DNA of 63,703 nt, the filler included, from Vannella sp. (lineage: Eukaryota), in NCBI GenBank assembly GCA_023345925.1. It is 4 parts of 4 records of this genome, joined end to end, with 100 filler letters (N's around TTAATTAATTAA, not from the genome) between each part and the next. Parts side by side here need not be neighbours in the genome. Positions count along the whole stretch, not along the records: positions 1 to 31,132 come from JAJQQN010000302.1; positions 31,233 to 40,654 come from JAJQQN010000673.1; 2 more parts are not named here. One strand, 5' to 3'. This document shows positions 23,601-35,398 of the stretch, piece by piece. The number at the start of each line of letters is the position of its first letter. Within the stretch, counting starts at the first letter, position 1. The position numbers were made by a program, and so were the translations under genes. The notes under the pieces were generated by a model that saw only the letters and a program-made list of their open reading frames with translations, was not told the origin of the DNA and ran no database searches.

Positions 23601-25751
23601 TGAAGAAGAGAGTTGTGCCATAGTTGTGCAGGAACCTGCAAAGGATTCCTAATTCCTCATGATCTACTCCACATGTGGCAGCAAGCTCTTTGAACAGTGT
23701 CCAGGATAGCCAAGGATCCACTGAGGATCCTTTTCTTCGTTGTAAACTCTCGAAAAAGCGGGCCCAGCTCACAGGTACAGAGAAAGAAGGGGTCGCCGAA
23801 ATCTCTTGGTTAATGGAGCTCTTGATTTCAGCGAGGTCCGAGCTATTAGTGCTATTAACCACAAGGATTTGCGGATGAAGGCCTGGAAATGCGCTCCTTG
23901 GAAACCGGAAACTAATAAGGTTCTGGATACTCGAAATATATGTTTCTGTGCATGCCTCGTTATCTCGAAAGGTTCCTACAAGGAAAATGCGTTTGAGAGA
24001 GGGCTCCAAGAACTTTGGAAAACTCTGGTGACGTTCTAATGCAATCTCAGCCTCCATCTGCTTAAAATGCTGCTTCAAGAGACGCAGCCAGGCCTCTATC
24101 ACGCTCAAGTTGAAGGGTTTCAGTTTGAAGGTGATGATGAAGGAGCAGCTGTCCCCAAAAAAGAGCTTGTGGGAAGCATAGCAAAAGTTCTCTCCAGGAA
24201 TGTCGCAAATAACGTATTCTCTTGGAGGAGTGCGGAGATTTGAAGAGCGTATGGAACGGAGAAGACTAGAAGAGGGCGCACTGAAAAACATGCCAACACT
24301 TTGGTCCTTTGAATTGGAAGCACGAAAGGAGCTTTGGTCCTTCGAAATAGGAGAACGGGAGGAAGAAGGTATTGGAGAGGCAGGACTGAAACTGAATCCT
24401 GGAGGAAGATTACCACTGTTGCGCCCCCAAGAGCGAGCCAAAGTGCTCTTTCCACTTCCTCGCTCTCCCAGGATAACTAGCTTTCGAGTAGGCCATTGCT
24501 CAGCTCGCTCCATCAGCCCTTGAAGGTAGGCTTTTTGCCTTTGCCATCCATGATCCACTATTCCTGGGGATGCAAGGAATGGGTTCTCCGAGGCTTTAAC
24601 ACGTTGTAAAGATTCCAGTTGAAGTAACTCGCAAGGCAGAAAGTCCAGCTTGTTGCCGCGAACATCTAAAACCTCCACTAAAAACTCTTTCATGACAATG
24701 ATGAACAAAGGGCTGAGGCAACGCAACTGAATTCGGCTCAAATCCATCACACGAGTTGGTTTCAAAACAAGACAAGCCTCCAAAAGTACTTTGATCAAAG
24801 AGAAGCGCTCCCTAGATGCATATTGGAGTAGTGATAAGACAGTCTGACCCCCCTGTTGACAAGTTCAGTTGGTAAACCAATTAAACCGTAAAACGCACCT
24901 GATCAACAGCGCGCAAGTCCACGTTTGTTTTGGATAGCAGCACCCTTGTCACGTCGATCCAATCTCCTCTGACTCCAACCGCACACGTGTCGCCAAGCGC
25001 GTTAGATACTGCCAAATGAAGAATCGTTCTTCCCATCTGAGGAAAACATCAGTTGGCTCCATCTTGCGAACAGAAAGGAGAGTGGACCTACGCGGTCTTT
25101 CAGTCCCTCAACGTGCTTGACTGAGGTTTGGGACTCCAGCAAGCGAAGGACAAGAGCCAAGTGACCACGAGCAACCAGGCCAAAGAGAACGGAAGGCAGT
25201 TGAGTCTTCAGTTCTGTGATGGGCGCTTTCCCATTGTTGCTGCCAATGTCAAGCGATGCTCCCAAATGCAGGAGCTCGAGACAGGCTTCAGAGTTTCCAA
25301 TCGCAATGGCATCAAGCAGGGGTGTTCGCCCCTCCTGCTAACTTGTGAGTGTCTTCGATAGAGATCAGTGAACAACTCACACTGTCCTGTGCGTTAACAT
25401 CGGCCTTGAACGCAACCAAATGCTGTATAACTCCGACTCGACAACGATGACTGCTCGCACAACGATGGAGAGGTGTTGAATGAGTTGCCTACGTCGCTTA
25501 TTAGTGGGTTTCTCTAACATGCAAAGTCCACGTACACCAGAGACCTGACAGCCATCCGCACCTCGTTCGAGAAGGCGAAGTACTAATGCCTCATGGCCCT
25601 GCGAACACGCGATCTCGAGCAGAGTCTTCTTACGATACATGGTATTGCAATCCACAGTACCAGATTCTAAAGCTTCCTCCACCTCTCGAGCATCCTCCGA
25701 AAAGCAAGCCAAGAACAGGCGGCGAAGCTCCTCGCCTTCCTCACTCGCCAT
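20650..25751 (-). CDS. ROCO protein kinase B, tandem paralog
   Basis: Ankyrin exons from MASEEGEELR, LRR, GERGSGKST, CDIPG, COR with CSHC, GSGSFG/VAVK/HRDLRSPN/DFG/APE and WD40-like tail. Collinear with ROCO A. Confidence 0.9.
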
Positions 25752-25842
25752 ATAAAGATAAGATATAATGATGACAAAGAACATTCTATTTGCCTTTCAC
25801 TCTAGCGGGACACTTGGGGAAATGGAAAGTTCTCTAGATGAT

Positions 25843-25854
25843 GGTCACGTGACC
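25843..25854. promoter_or_regulatory. Palindromic E-box GGTCACGTGACC in a divergent promoter
   Basis: Perfect 12-bp palindrome between the ATGs at 25751 (-) and 25968 (+). Confidence 0.35.
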
Positions 25855-25967
25855 CAGCTGGTTCTAGTCCATCGTTCTCCTTTGGATTTAAATGTAATTC
25901 TGTATGCCCATTTGAATGGAGGAATGATAATGGAGATTATTCTGATCTGGCCTTCTGCAGGAGGCTG

Positions 25968-27568
25968 ATGAGACCTGCCGGTGGGCCTGGGATCCCAGTG
26001 GTGCCTTCGTTGGCTTTGCAGCTGCGGCAAGGGAACAAGACAAAAGAGAGTGCGCGCCAACGACGTTCGCTCCGGTCTGGTACGAAAGTTTCTCTTTCTG
26101 AAGGAGAAACGTGGGTGGCGTTCCAGCGTGGTATCTTTGAGGAACTCCAGCAGGACAATGAAGAAGGCTCTATCGACTTCTCTTGCCCCTTTCGCTTCCT
26201 TCCTCCCGTTGGTAGCGCAAATCCCACTCCCCGATCCACCTCGACGTCGTTGCCCTTCATTCTGTCACCAGTAAGTGTAGGCAGCAACGGGTGTTGAGTG
26301 GTTGGACTAAATATCCTACTCCTGTCGTACAGCATCCGAACGACGAAACTACAGCGCGTGTTCCACCTCCCAGACCTCCTCGTTTGCCCTCGACAGTCCC
26401 CAAGGTTGCAACGTTGGATGGGAGGATACCTGAGCAGTGGAGAGTCAAGGCTTCAGATCAAAAGGGCTTTAACGAGTGGTTCTCGGTGCGTACCTCTCAC
26501 CAACACAAGGACGTCAATCTTACGGGGGCGCAGAGGCTCACGTTAAGCATCATCGGGAACCAGCAGATCCCTGAAGGAAGAAAGGAACATTTCCGCAACC
26601 GGAAAGCGCCTCTCGTATCAATGGCAGACCAACATCCTCATCCATCTCGGACAGATTCGCTTGTTCGTGTTGGTGTGGCCCGCAGCGCGAAGGAAAGGGA
26701 GACGGAAGCCATAAGGGCTTCCATCACTCACATGAGTAAAACACCGTCTACTCTCCACCTCAGCGACGACACCGCCCTTTCGAGCAAACCAAAAGAGGCC
26801 TCTGAACGACAGTTCGAAGAGTTCCGACTTGCGGTGGAGCAGCAAAAGCTTCACATCTTACAAGAGTATCAGAAGATGGCCTCACCCAAAGCTACATCAG
26901 AGCGTAGATCAGTGGACATACGCACAGGACAAAATTCCCACCCTCCGGAGATCCTACCCTTGGCCATTCCCTCTACTCCCCCCGTCTCTTCTCGACTGAA
27001 AAGAGGGAGTGGGAGTGGAAGCCGTATCTTTAGTCCTGGTCGCCGCTCAGAGGACCTGGGGACGCCCATCCCTCCAGAATCCAAGAAGCCAGGCAGCTTC
27101 ACCCGTACCTTTAAGAAGACCATCGAGAAGGGACTCGGGACAGTAGGTAGCTCACCACGAGGGAGTCGTGCTTCAATCCACAAACGCCAGAAGTCCGTCG
27201 ACTCATTCGATACAATCTGCAAAACTCTCGATTCCCAAGAAGACGACGAGTTTTTGGCCCTGGATGAAGGGCCCTCTCTCTTCATCGTATCACCAAAAGC
27301 CAAGCTTGAGGATGGAGACGACTTAGAAAAGCCACGGTCTCGAGCCCGGAGGAGGAGGAAATCGTTCTCCAATTCATCCCCGAAAGTCACTTTTGAACGG
27401 TCCAACTCCTATTCTAACCGGTTAGGTTCCCTTGGAACTGAATCTTCCGATGGCATTGTCTCTGCTCCAGAGAGTCTCCAAGCCATCGCAAAGCCTGAAA
27501 TCCTCCCTTTGATTGCAGCAGAAGAAGAGTGCAGCATTGAGGACGGAGAGGACTCCCAGAATGAGTGA
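25968..27568 (+). CDS. Hypothetical low-complexity Ser/Pro/Arg-rich protein
   Basis: Two ORFs joined in frame by GT-AG intron 26271-26332. No recognisable domain. Confidence 0.6.
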
Positions 27569-27730
27569 ATCCCTCTCAATAATGTACAAAGTAGGCTTCA
27601 ATCATGTAGAATAGCAAATGTAGCGAATAAATCATCTGGCAATCACCACGAGAAGTCTCTGTCCAAAACCCAGTCGGAGGGACTAGTTCCCGATCATCAG
27701 TTTGCAATAGCATCTGCTTGGGCTAAAATC

Positions 27731-29616
27731 CTACCTGGAAACTTGATACGCAAAGAGGACCTCCATGGTTTTCTGCCCAGGGATGCAAACGGTCCATTCC
27801 ACATTGTTTTCTGCGTTGACGATGACGTCCTTCCCTTTGATTGGGTCCAACAATGTGATGCGAAGCTTTTCGTTATCAGAGACAGGCAGCTGGTCCGTCA
27901 ACTGCAAGGAAATAGGGAACTCGTTGTCGTTCTTGATCAAAGTGAGGTGAGAGTAGGTTGTACATCGTTGGTCCCTCCCATTCTGGCCCGGGGCTACTTC
28001 GCTCGCGACCCTCACAGGCTTATATCTTACTCTCACGGAAGGATCAGGACCTAAAGAGATACTGAGTGTCTCATCAATCCCAGTCTCCTGAGATAAATGC
28101 AATTAGATTGGCTGAGCAGAGAAAGAGAATAACAATAACTTGCAGGAATGTGCGTGGTGCCAACATAGTTGCCATCAAAGAAGACTTCTGCTTTTCCTTC
28201 TAAGAAGGGAATCCTTGACTTGTTTACCAGCAGTACCAGGGAATAGGCTTTCTCTCTTCTTTAGGTTAGGAACGAGCACACTTAATGGGTGCCTTTAAGA
28301 CAGACTGTAGACTACCTTAGTTTGGGAGTCACAGAGTGATGGAACTTGGCTGGAAGTTTTAAACTCAAATATTCCGCTCGGTTACTCTTCAGAGTAGAAG
28401 AGAAGGAGACAGGAGAAGTCACATCAACCATCAGAGAGCTCATTGACCAATGAGATTCGACCTTAGATGGGCTCTTCAAAGTTTTTGCGCGCACTTTTGA
28501 TTCTAAAGTGAGGCTTTCTGGTGCCAGTTCCGGGGGACTCATCATGAGAGAAGATTGTCCAGTGCTCAATGTGAGTTTGACATTCTTCCATTCATGTCCA
28601 GGGCTAAGATATACCTCCCCAATGCATGAAAAGTTTACAATGGGCTCTTTCGAAGACACTCGAATGTCATAACTGGGTCTCCATGTAGCATCCACAGAAG
28701 GGAAGGAGAATTCCAGTGTCAGCTAGTTGAATTAGAAATAGGCAAACAAGCCACCAGTCCTCCGACATTCTCACCTCCATTTCTTCAGGCACAAAGACAA
28801 GGATGGATGCTTCTACGATTCCTGCAGCCGCTGAGGAAGATTTCCAAGCTTCCATCTTTTGCGAAATCTCGGAAATCTGATTGAACAAAGCTACAATGAC
28901 CTTCTTAGAAGCATCGCACAAAGGTAGAAAAGTTTTCTACCTTCTTTCTCAGCTCCTAGGTCTATGAGAGTGCGCTCTCGCACAATTTTTGACTCCGAGA
29001 CTAAAGCAGTATACTTCAGATATTGCTCCATTGCCTCTATCCCAAACACAGCTAGATCTCCTGAGACTTGATGCGCTTCAAATGAAGCTGTGTGATCTTC
29101 ATTATGAAGCAGGGGCTGCTGAAACTCATCCATAAGCTTCCCTTTCGCCTATTGAGCTGTTAAAGAGATGTCCTTGGGAGGCAGGGGCCTACCAAGAGCA
29201 GATCAATTTGGGTATTGACTTCTTGGTATCTGGATTGGGTTAGATTGAACTGCTTTGATAGTTCCTCGCTCTCTTCACGGTCCTTTGGATGCTGCTCAGC
29301 AACTCCCACCTGGACCTTGAACAGAACACACTTGGTGAACGTTGAAAGGAACAGGTGGACGTCTTACCTCCAGTATAGATGCCTCTCCTTTCACACTGAC
29401 TCGAAGAGACTCCGACAAGGTTCATCTGGAAGCCCCCGAAGCACGAAAGTCTGCACCCCTACCCTCAGTGAGCCAATCTAATCCCCCGTCAATTCGCAGA
29501 CGCCCACCTTCCTCCACATCAGGTACAACAAGTCTCCTCTGGCAGTGAACACAATTGCTGTAAATCACCGCCGCCACAACATTACACTCCCCCACCTCCA
29601 CCACCCTCCGCGCCAT
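27731..29616 (-). CDS. DUF4140/DUF4139 (mucoidy inhibitor A-like) protein
   Basis: N-terminus VVAAVIYSNCVHCQR, coiled coil, ATWRPSYDIRV..LTLSTG, LGPDPSVRV, DQLPVSDNEKLRITL, VEWTV. Many introns; 3' end approximate. Confidence 0.75.
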
Positions 29617-29750
29617 GATAATAATAACAAACAAACTCCATGAATCCCGCTTTGACTCATTATTGAGAAAGTCCTGGCGGAAGAGGCCGGCCCTGATTGG
29701 TGGATTCCTGTTGGGCCTCCTAGTCCCATTCTTTGTTCTTCCGTTCGCAC

Positions 29751-30904
29751 AGTAAGCCTCAGAACCACACTTTTGGGAAGACGTTCCTGAGATCTTTGTT
29801 AGTGGATCGATACACACCATCTCCGCCGCCTGAGGTCTTCGGTGGAGGCTACTTGTTGAAGATTGTTTCGGGGACCGCTAATGTTGCTTTATCGCAGGGT
29901 ATTGCTCGGCAGCTGGGTTTGCACCTTGAGCCAACTTCTATTGGACAGTTTGCTGATGGAGAGATCAACCTTCAGCTTCTCAACAACGTCCGTGGGTCAG
30001 ACATCTTCATCATCCAACCGACTTGCACGGACGTGAACAAAAACCTGATGGAGCTGCTTCTCCTCATCCACACCTTGAAGCTTAGCTCTGCCAAGAGAAT
30101 CACAGCTGTCATCCCTTACTTTGGATACGCTCGCCAAGACCGCAAAACCAAACCACGCGTTCCCATCTCTGCCGCTGCTGTGGCTCAGCTCATCGAGAAG
30201 ATGGGACCTCACCGAGTTGTAAGTCAAGAAAAGATGTCTCCTGTTCGTTCTCACTCCACAGACAGGTCACTGTTGACCTGCATTGTGGACAAATCCAAGG
30301 CTTCTTCCAGGAGACACCGGTCGATAACCTCTTCGCAGAGAACGAGTTTATCAAGTACATCGAGCACAAGAACTTTGACAAGTCCAAGGTATGTCACAGC
30401 ACCAAGTACGAGCTCGTGTCACTCACCAAGAGCCAGTTGGTGATTGTCTCTCCTGATGCAGGTGGTGTCGCCAATGCCCGCCGTGTGGCAGATAAGGTCC
30501 ACGCAAAGAGTGTCGTTACTATTCTGAAGCGACGGATCTCTGCCAACGTTGTGGACGAGATGCAGGTCGTCGGAGACATTGCTGGACAGATCTGCGTCAT
30601 TGTCGATGACATGATCGATACCGCTGGAACCCTTTGCAAAGCTGCTGGCCTTCTGAAAGAGAAGGGAGCTGTCCAGGTATTCGCATGTGCCACTCATGGT
30701 CTGTTCAATGGGCCTGCCATTGAGAGGATCAACGAATCTGTCCTGGAAGAGGTTTGCGTGACCGACTCCATTCCCCAAAAGGAGAACGTTGCCCGCTGTG
30801 ACAAGCTCCTCGTCATTAGTCTCGTTCCCGTCTTAGCAGAAGCAATCCTCCGCATTCACCACGAAAGAAGTCTCTCCGCCCTCTTCAAACACAGTAGCGA
30901 GTAG
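29751..30904 (+). CDS. PRPS: Ribose-phosphate pyrophosphokinase (class I PRPS)
   Basis: FADGEI, PYFGYARQDRK, VDLH, VSPDAGG, IVDDMIDTAGT, ATHG. Introns 29752-29802 (inferred), 30219-30265 and one starting at about 30389. Confidence 0.95.
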
Positions 30905-31132
30905 ATCTAAGGGCCTTACTCGATCCTGATAAACCATTGAATCGTATGTTTGCGACTGCCAAAGTTGAAGGAATCACGAGACCACACGGAAAAATAAACG
31001 AAACGTACGAATTCACTTTCAGGGAAATGGTCCTCTATGATGATTGGTTGATTTCCTGCGGGAAGGTTCCTCTGGCCAACTCGTTTGAGAACTGGCTCGA
31101 TTGTCATTGGGGTTTGGTTCTAAACGCTTGCG

Positions 31133-31232
31133 NNNNNNNNNNNNNNNNNNNNNNNNNNNNNNNNNNNNNNNNNNNNTTAATTAATTAANNNNNNNNNNNN
31201 NNNNNNNNNNNNNNNNNNNNNNNNNNNNNNNN
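31133..31232. other. Artificial contig-joining spacer
   Basis: N44-TTAATTAATTAA-N44, with stops in all six frames. Confidence 0.97.
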
Positions 31233-31410
31233 CCACCCTGCAACGGCCTTGTCTTATGGATGAGGTGTGGTGGCTTAACCAGCAAAGCGGTATTCTCCCA
31301 GGACGACGCAAGGGCCCGAACCACGTTGAAAGTGGTGATCGGCCGCACTTGCCCTGGGATGTATGGGAAAGAACGAGAGGACTAAGGTTGAAACTCCACA
31401 ACCATCTCAA

Positions 31411-31440
31411 GGTGGTTGAGTGGAGCCGTGAATTCTCTCT
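31411..31440 (-). repeat. Dispersed repeat fragment
   Basis: Reverse complement matches 1226-1253 at 26 of 28 nt. Confidence 0.6.
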
Positions 31441-31650
31441 GCTTAGCCACACGAAGATACAGCCACCCCGGAATCCTTACGGCTTTTAAAAACTTAGCCA
31501 TGACCATCCCTGATCCAAATCCACAGAACAAGCTGATAAGAGCATTTCCCTCAGAAATCGCTCTCATTGGTCCTGGCACTCGCTTAAACCTGTTTGCACC
31601 CCGAAGACTTGATTCTGGCTCATTTGTTTTGAGCCTTGAGCCGTCTTTCG

Positions 31651-33120
31651 ATGGACTTGGATGTACTCAATTGCTGTGTATGCTTAGAGGTCTTCCAGGA
31701 GCCTCGTAACCTCCCTTGCTCCCACACTCTGTGTATGAAGTGCGTGCGTTCGTTGGTGATTGCCTCTGAAGATGGCAGCACGTTGACCTGCCCCCTTTGC
31801 AACCAAAGTAGTACTGTATCCCAGGGTAAAGAGCACCTCCTTCCGAAGAACTTAATCGTGCAAGCACTGGTGGAAGGACTTCCCCCCGCGAAAGAGTGCA
31901 CTGAAGTTTCATCCGTCAAGTGCGACACAGAGGAGTGCACGCAGTCCTCTACAAAGTGGTGTGAACCCTGCGACTCTTCTTTGTGCGACAGATGTTGGGA
32001 AGATTGTCACAGGTACGGGAAACTCCGTTCGCACAAGCCTGGACCAGTGGGAGGTCGCCGTGGCTTTGACGCTTGCCGCTCCCATTTCGGCCACAAGAAA
32101 GAGCTTTATTGTTCTGACTGTCAAGCAATCATCTGTCAGATGTGTTTCGTGGATAGTCACCAAAGGCACCAACTCACCACCGTTCAAAAGCATGGCTTGG
32201 AAGTGAAGGCCAAGCTATTGGAGAGATGCAACCCACTGCTGGAACATGCACAGGTTCTGAGGCAATGTCTCGGTGCATCGAATGAAGTCATGAGAAGCCT
32301 CGTCCAGGAAATCCGGGAGAAAAAGCAGCAATTGAGTGAAGAAACCCGTCTGTGGTCGGAACTAAACGCCAAAATCCTCAAAGTTCAGCAAGCCCACCAA
32401 GCGCAGGAAGCTTCTATCAACCAGACATCTGAGATTGACGTCTTGTTGAATCAAGAGGCGCTGGAGGTTGAGATCCAGACACTCATTGACAGCTTTTCTC
32501 GTCTAGGCTCTCAGTCACCTCAACCAGAGATTCATGAACCCAATATCCCACATGATGACGCTTCTTTCCCGCTGAGGACTGAGATACTGGACCCTATTCC
32601 AGGCTCTTCTGTTCAACCAATGGGGGTTGGGACTTTGTCCAAGGACTTTGCCACTGAAAGCGACTACTTCCTCAGTGAAGACAATCGCACTTACACCAAG
32701 TTGTCTTTGGCCCATAGTTCCATCTCAACACTGTCTGCGGTGTCCGAAGGCCGCTACCAGTGGGAAATCGAGTATCTCCCGATTGACGATTCGATTTCTG
32801 GATGGCTATTGATTGCTCTTCGGACGGAACCGGAAGGCAATGTGATGTCCTTCTCACAACCTGACACGTTTGGATGGGTCATAACGCTCTCAGGTGGCCA
32901 AACCGTTGTCGGAGGAAAATCCATTGAAGAAAAGTCAATGCCCTGTGTCACTGAAGAGAGGCTCTTCCTCACCTACGATTGCTCAACACGAGTATTGACC
33001 TTGAGAGCGAATCATTGGGAGAAGACTCAAACCCTTCCCGCAGCTCCTAAAGGCCGAGTCCTCCACTTCAACTCCTATTCCTCCTCTTTTCGTCTGGTCC
33101 AATGCCAGCGACTCGATTAG
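31651..33120 (+). CDS. TRIM-like E3 ligase: RING, B-box1, B-box2, coiled coil, SPRY-like; intronless
   Basis: CCVCLEVFQEPRNLPCSHTLCMKC..CPLC; CDTEEC..CEPCDSSLCDRC..H..H; CRSH..YCSDCQAIICQMC..HQRH; helical region; EGRYQWEIEY..WLLIAL..YDCSTRVLTL. Confidence 0.85.
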   Translation: MDLDVLNCCVCLEVFQEPRNLPCSHTLCMKCVRSLVIASEDGSTLTCPLCNQSSTVSQGKEHLLPKNLIVQALVEGLPPAKECTEVSSVKCDTEECTQSSTKWCEPCDSSLCDRCWEDCHRYGKLRSHKPGPVGGRRGFDACRSHFGHKKELYCSDCQAIICQMCFVDSHQRHQLTTVQKHGLEVKAKLLERCNPLLEHAQVLRQCLGASNEVMRSLVQEIREKKQQLSEETRLWSELNAKILKVQQAHQAQEASINQTSEIDVLLNQEALEVEIQTLIDSFSRLGSQSPQPEIHEPNIPHDDASFPLRTEILDPIPGSSVQPMGVGTLSKDFATESDYFLSEDNRTYTKLSLAHSSISTLSAVSEGRYQWEIEYLPIDDSISGWLLIALRTEPEGNVMSFSQPDTFGWVITLSGGQTVVGGKSIEEKSMPCVTEERLFLTYDCSTRVLTLRANHWEKTQTLPAAPKGRVLHFNSYSSSFRLVQCQRLD

Positions 33121-33278
33121 AGCTTGAGGCCACTCCCCTTTCCCCCGTTCTCTAAAGAGTTTCAATCAGTCGAGGTCTTTCCGCATTCCCATACTGCTGG
33201 TTGAGTCAATAAGAGAGAATCTGGATTTGTATTGCTTCTTTGTGGGAAGAGATCTTCATCTTCTTCGCCACAACTGAC

Positions 33279-35011
33279 TTAGAAGGAGAATCCGCCTTGG
33301 GGAGTTGCATTAGCGCCAAATTCAAAGGCGCTGGGACCGTCAAGCTCCTCATCCTCTTCCATGGAGAAGTATTTGGTGATGATGGATAGAGCCTTGGTGT
33401 AGATGGGGGCACTGGGATGAGACCTGAGGGTCTCAATGTTGTCCAAACCACAAGTCTCTTCCATGATTTGAGCATAAGGATTGATGTGGTTGTTGTGGGG
33501 CTTGAGGTCCTCTCCCTGTTTCAGAATGTTCTCTAGGCCCTCCAAAGACACAGCAACAACGCGAATGTCTGCAGCAACGACCAGCTCGCAAAGAGGTTCG
33601 ATGCAGCCTCTCTTCACTAATTGAGCAATCTGTTGAGGGGAGCCGCTTGAAGTAGCATTGGCGATAGCCCAGGCAGCTTCCTTGCGGACATCAAACTCGC
33701 TGACAGACATCTGGTGGATGAGAGAGTCGATCACTCCCGCCTCCAGCACAGCCTCGATCTGACTGCGATTGCCTGCAGTGATGTTAGACAACGTCCAGCA
33801 GACCTCTCGCTTGATGCTCTTCTTTGTGTTGGTGTCCAACATCATCTTGAGTGCTGGCAAACACCCAGAGGAGATGGCAAGCTGCGTCTGGATCTCGTCA
33901 CCGGTCACGATGTTGCCGATCACGCGGAGGGCAGGAGTCTGCACAGAGCTAGTTTGATGGTTCAAAAGGCGGACAGCAATGGCACAGACGCCAGCTTCGA
34001 GAATCTTGTTGATCTTGCGCTCATCGTCTCCGTCGGAGATGTAAGACAAGGCCCAGCACGCGTCTGTGACCACGTGTGTGTCTGGAGACTGAAGAAGGCC
34101 AGCGAGAACAGGGAGTGCAGGAAGGATGTACTCAAATGGAGGTGCGGGCTTGCCACGGCACAAGTTGGAGATGGCCCACACCACGTTGCGGCGGAGAGTG
34201 GGAGCTACGCTCTCTCCAGTTTCCAGGAGGAGTAAATTCATGGCTCCCAGCTGCAAGAGGTGATCACGGCACAAGTGAGAGTCTCCTGCGATGTTTCCGA
34301 TCGCCCAGATGGACTGTTCCTTGACGAGGACAGTGCTGTCTCCTCCAATCTTCGAGATGAACGCCTCAGCTCCTTTCTATTCAGGTGCACAACGTTAGTC
34401 TTGAAAAAGAACTCCTTTCTAACTCACGTGGCGCAGCAGAAGCTGAGTCTGGTCAGAGGTACCGGAGGCTACGTTGGTGAGAGCCCATGCAGCCTCAAAC
34501 TGGTTGTTTTGCTCGGGATCTTGGAGGAGTACATTGATCAAGGGTGTGATAGCCCCAGCTTGAATGATAGCGTCGATAGGAGGGTTCTTGTCTGGAGGTG
34601 GCGTGAGGAACAACGAAAATCGCGGTAAATCAGAGAAATGAAGAGGGCCTCTTACCGATCGATAGGAGCTTGCGAAGAGCTACAACAGCTACGTAGCGTT
34701 CAGTGGGATTGGCAGAGGCAAGTCCAGCAACGGTGGCGGGGAGTTGAGAGAGCTGAACTCTCATTTGAGTACGGAAGGCGGTGAAGGGGATCGCTACTGA
34801 CCTGCGAATTAACATCAGATGATGAGAGACGAGGCTCGTTAGAGCTCTGAAGGCTCTCGGTCGGAGCTCTTCTCTTGAACATCATCTCCTCTCGTTGGTT
34901 CCTTCGAATAGAAAACTTGTTGTCCTCTCGGGTCTTCTTGCGCTCATCAGCATCAAGACCTTGCTTGTAGTACTTCTTGGAGGCAGCTTCTTCTCTTGCT
35001 TGACGTGACAT
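33279..35011 (-). CDS. KPNA: Importin subunit alpha
   Basis: IBB domain (IRRNQREEMMFKRR), ARM repeats (FEAAWALTNVASGTS, WAISNLCRGKP, CWTLSNITAG) and C-terminal GGFSF. Confidence 0.96.
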
Positions 35012-35398
35012 GGGACAGAGAGCGAATAACCTCAAGTTTTCAACAACGACGAAGTCTTCCCGCCTTTTCTCTCTTCCCCTGGTTTACAAATTCCCCAGAT
35101 CCAAGACAAACCTCCACATTTTAAGATACAGTTTGACTTTATCATAAGGATGAGAAAAGAATCAATTTATTTCGCCAAGGCGGAGAGCGGTTGTCGGTCT
35201 CTCTGTTTGTTCACGTGCTGCTGTTGGTTGGCTCGGTTCTTGTTGAAAGGTAATACCTGATTCATTAACGTTTACGATACACCACGTGTACGCAAGCTGG
35301 TCAGCCTCGCTCACGTTTTCCCGGGAGGGATCTAGAAAAGTGCGAACAGGCTCCATTCCTGGGGAACAAGTGACTTTCGTACCGTTCCCGCCTTTCCA

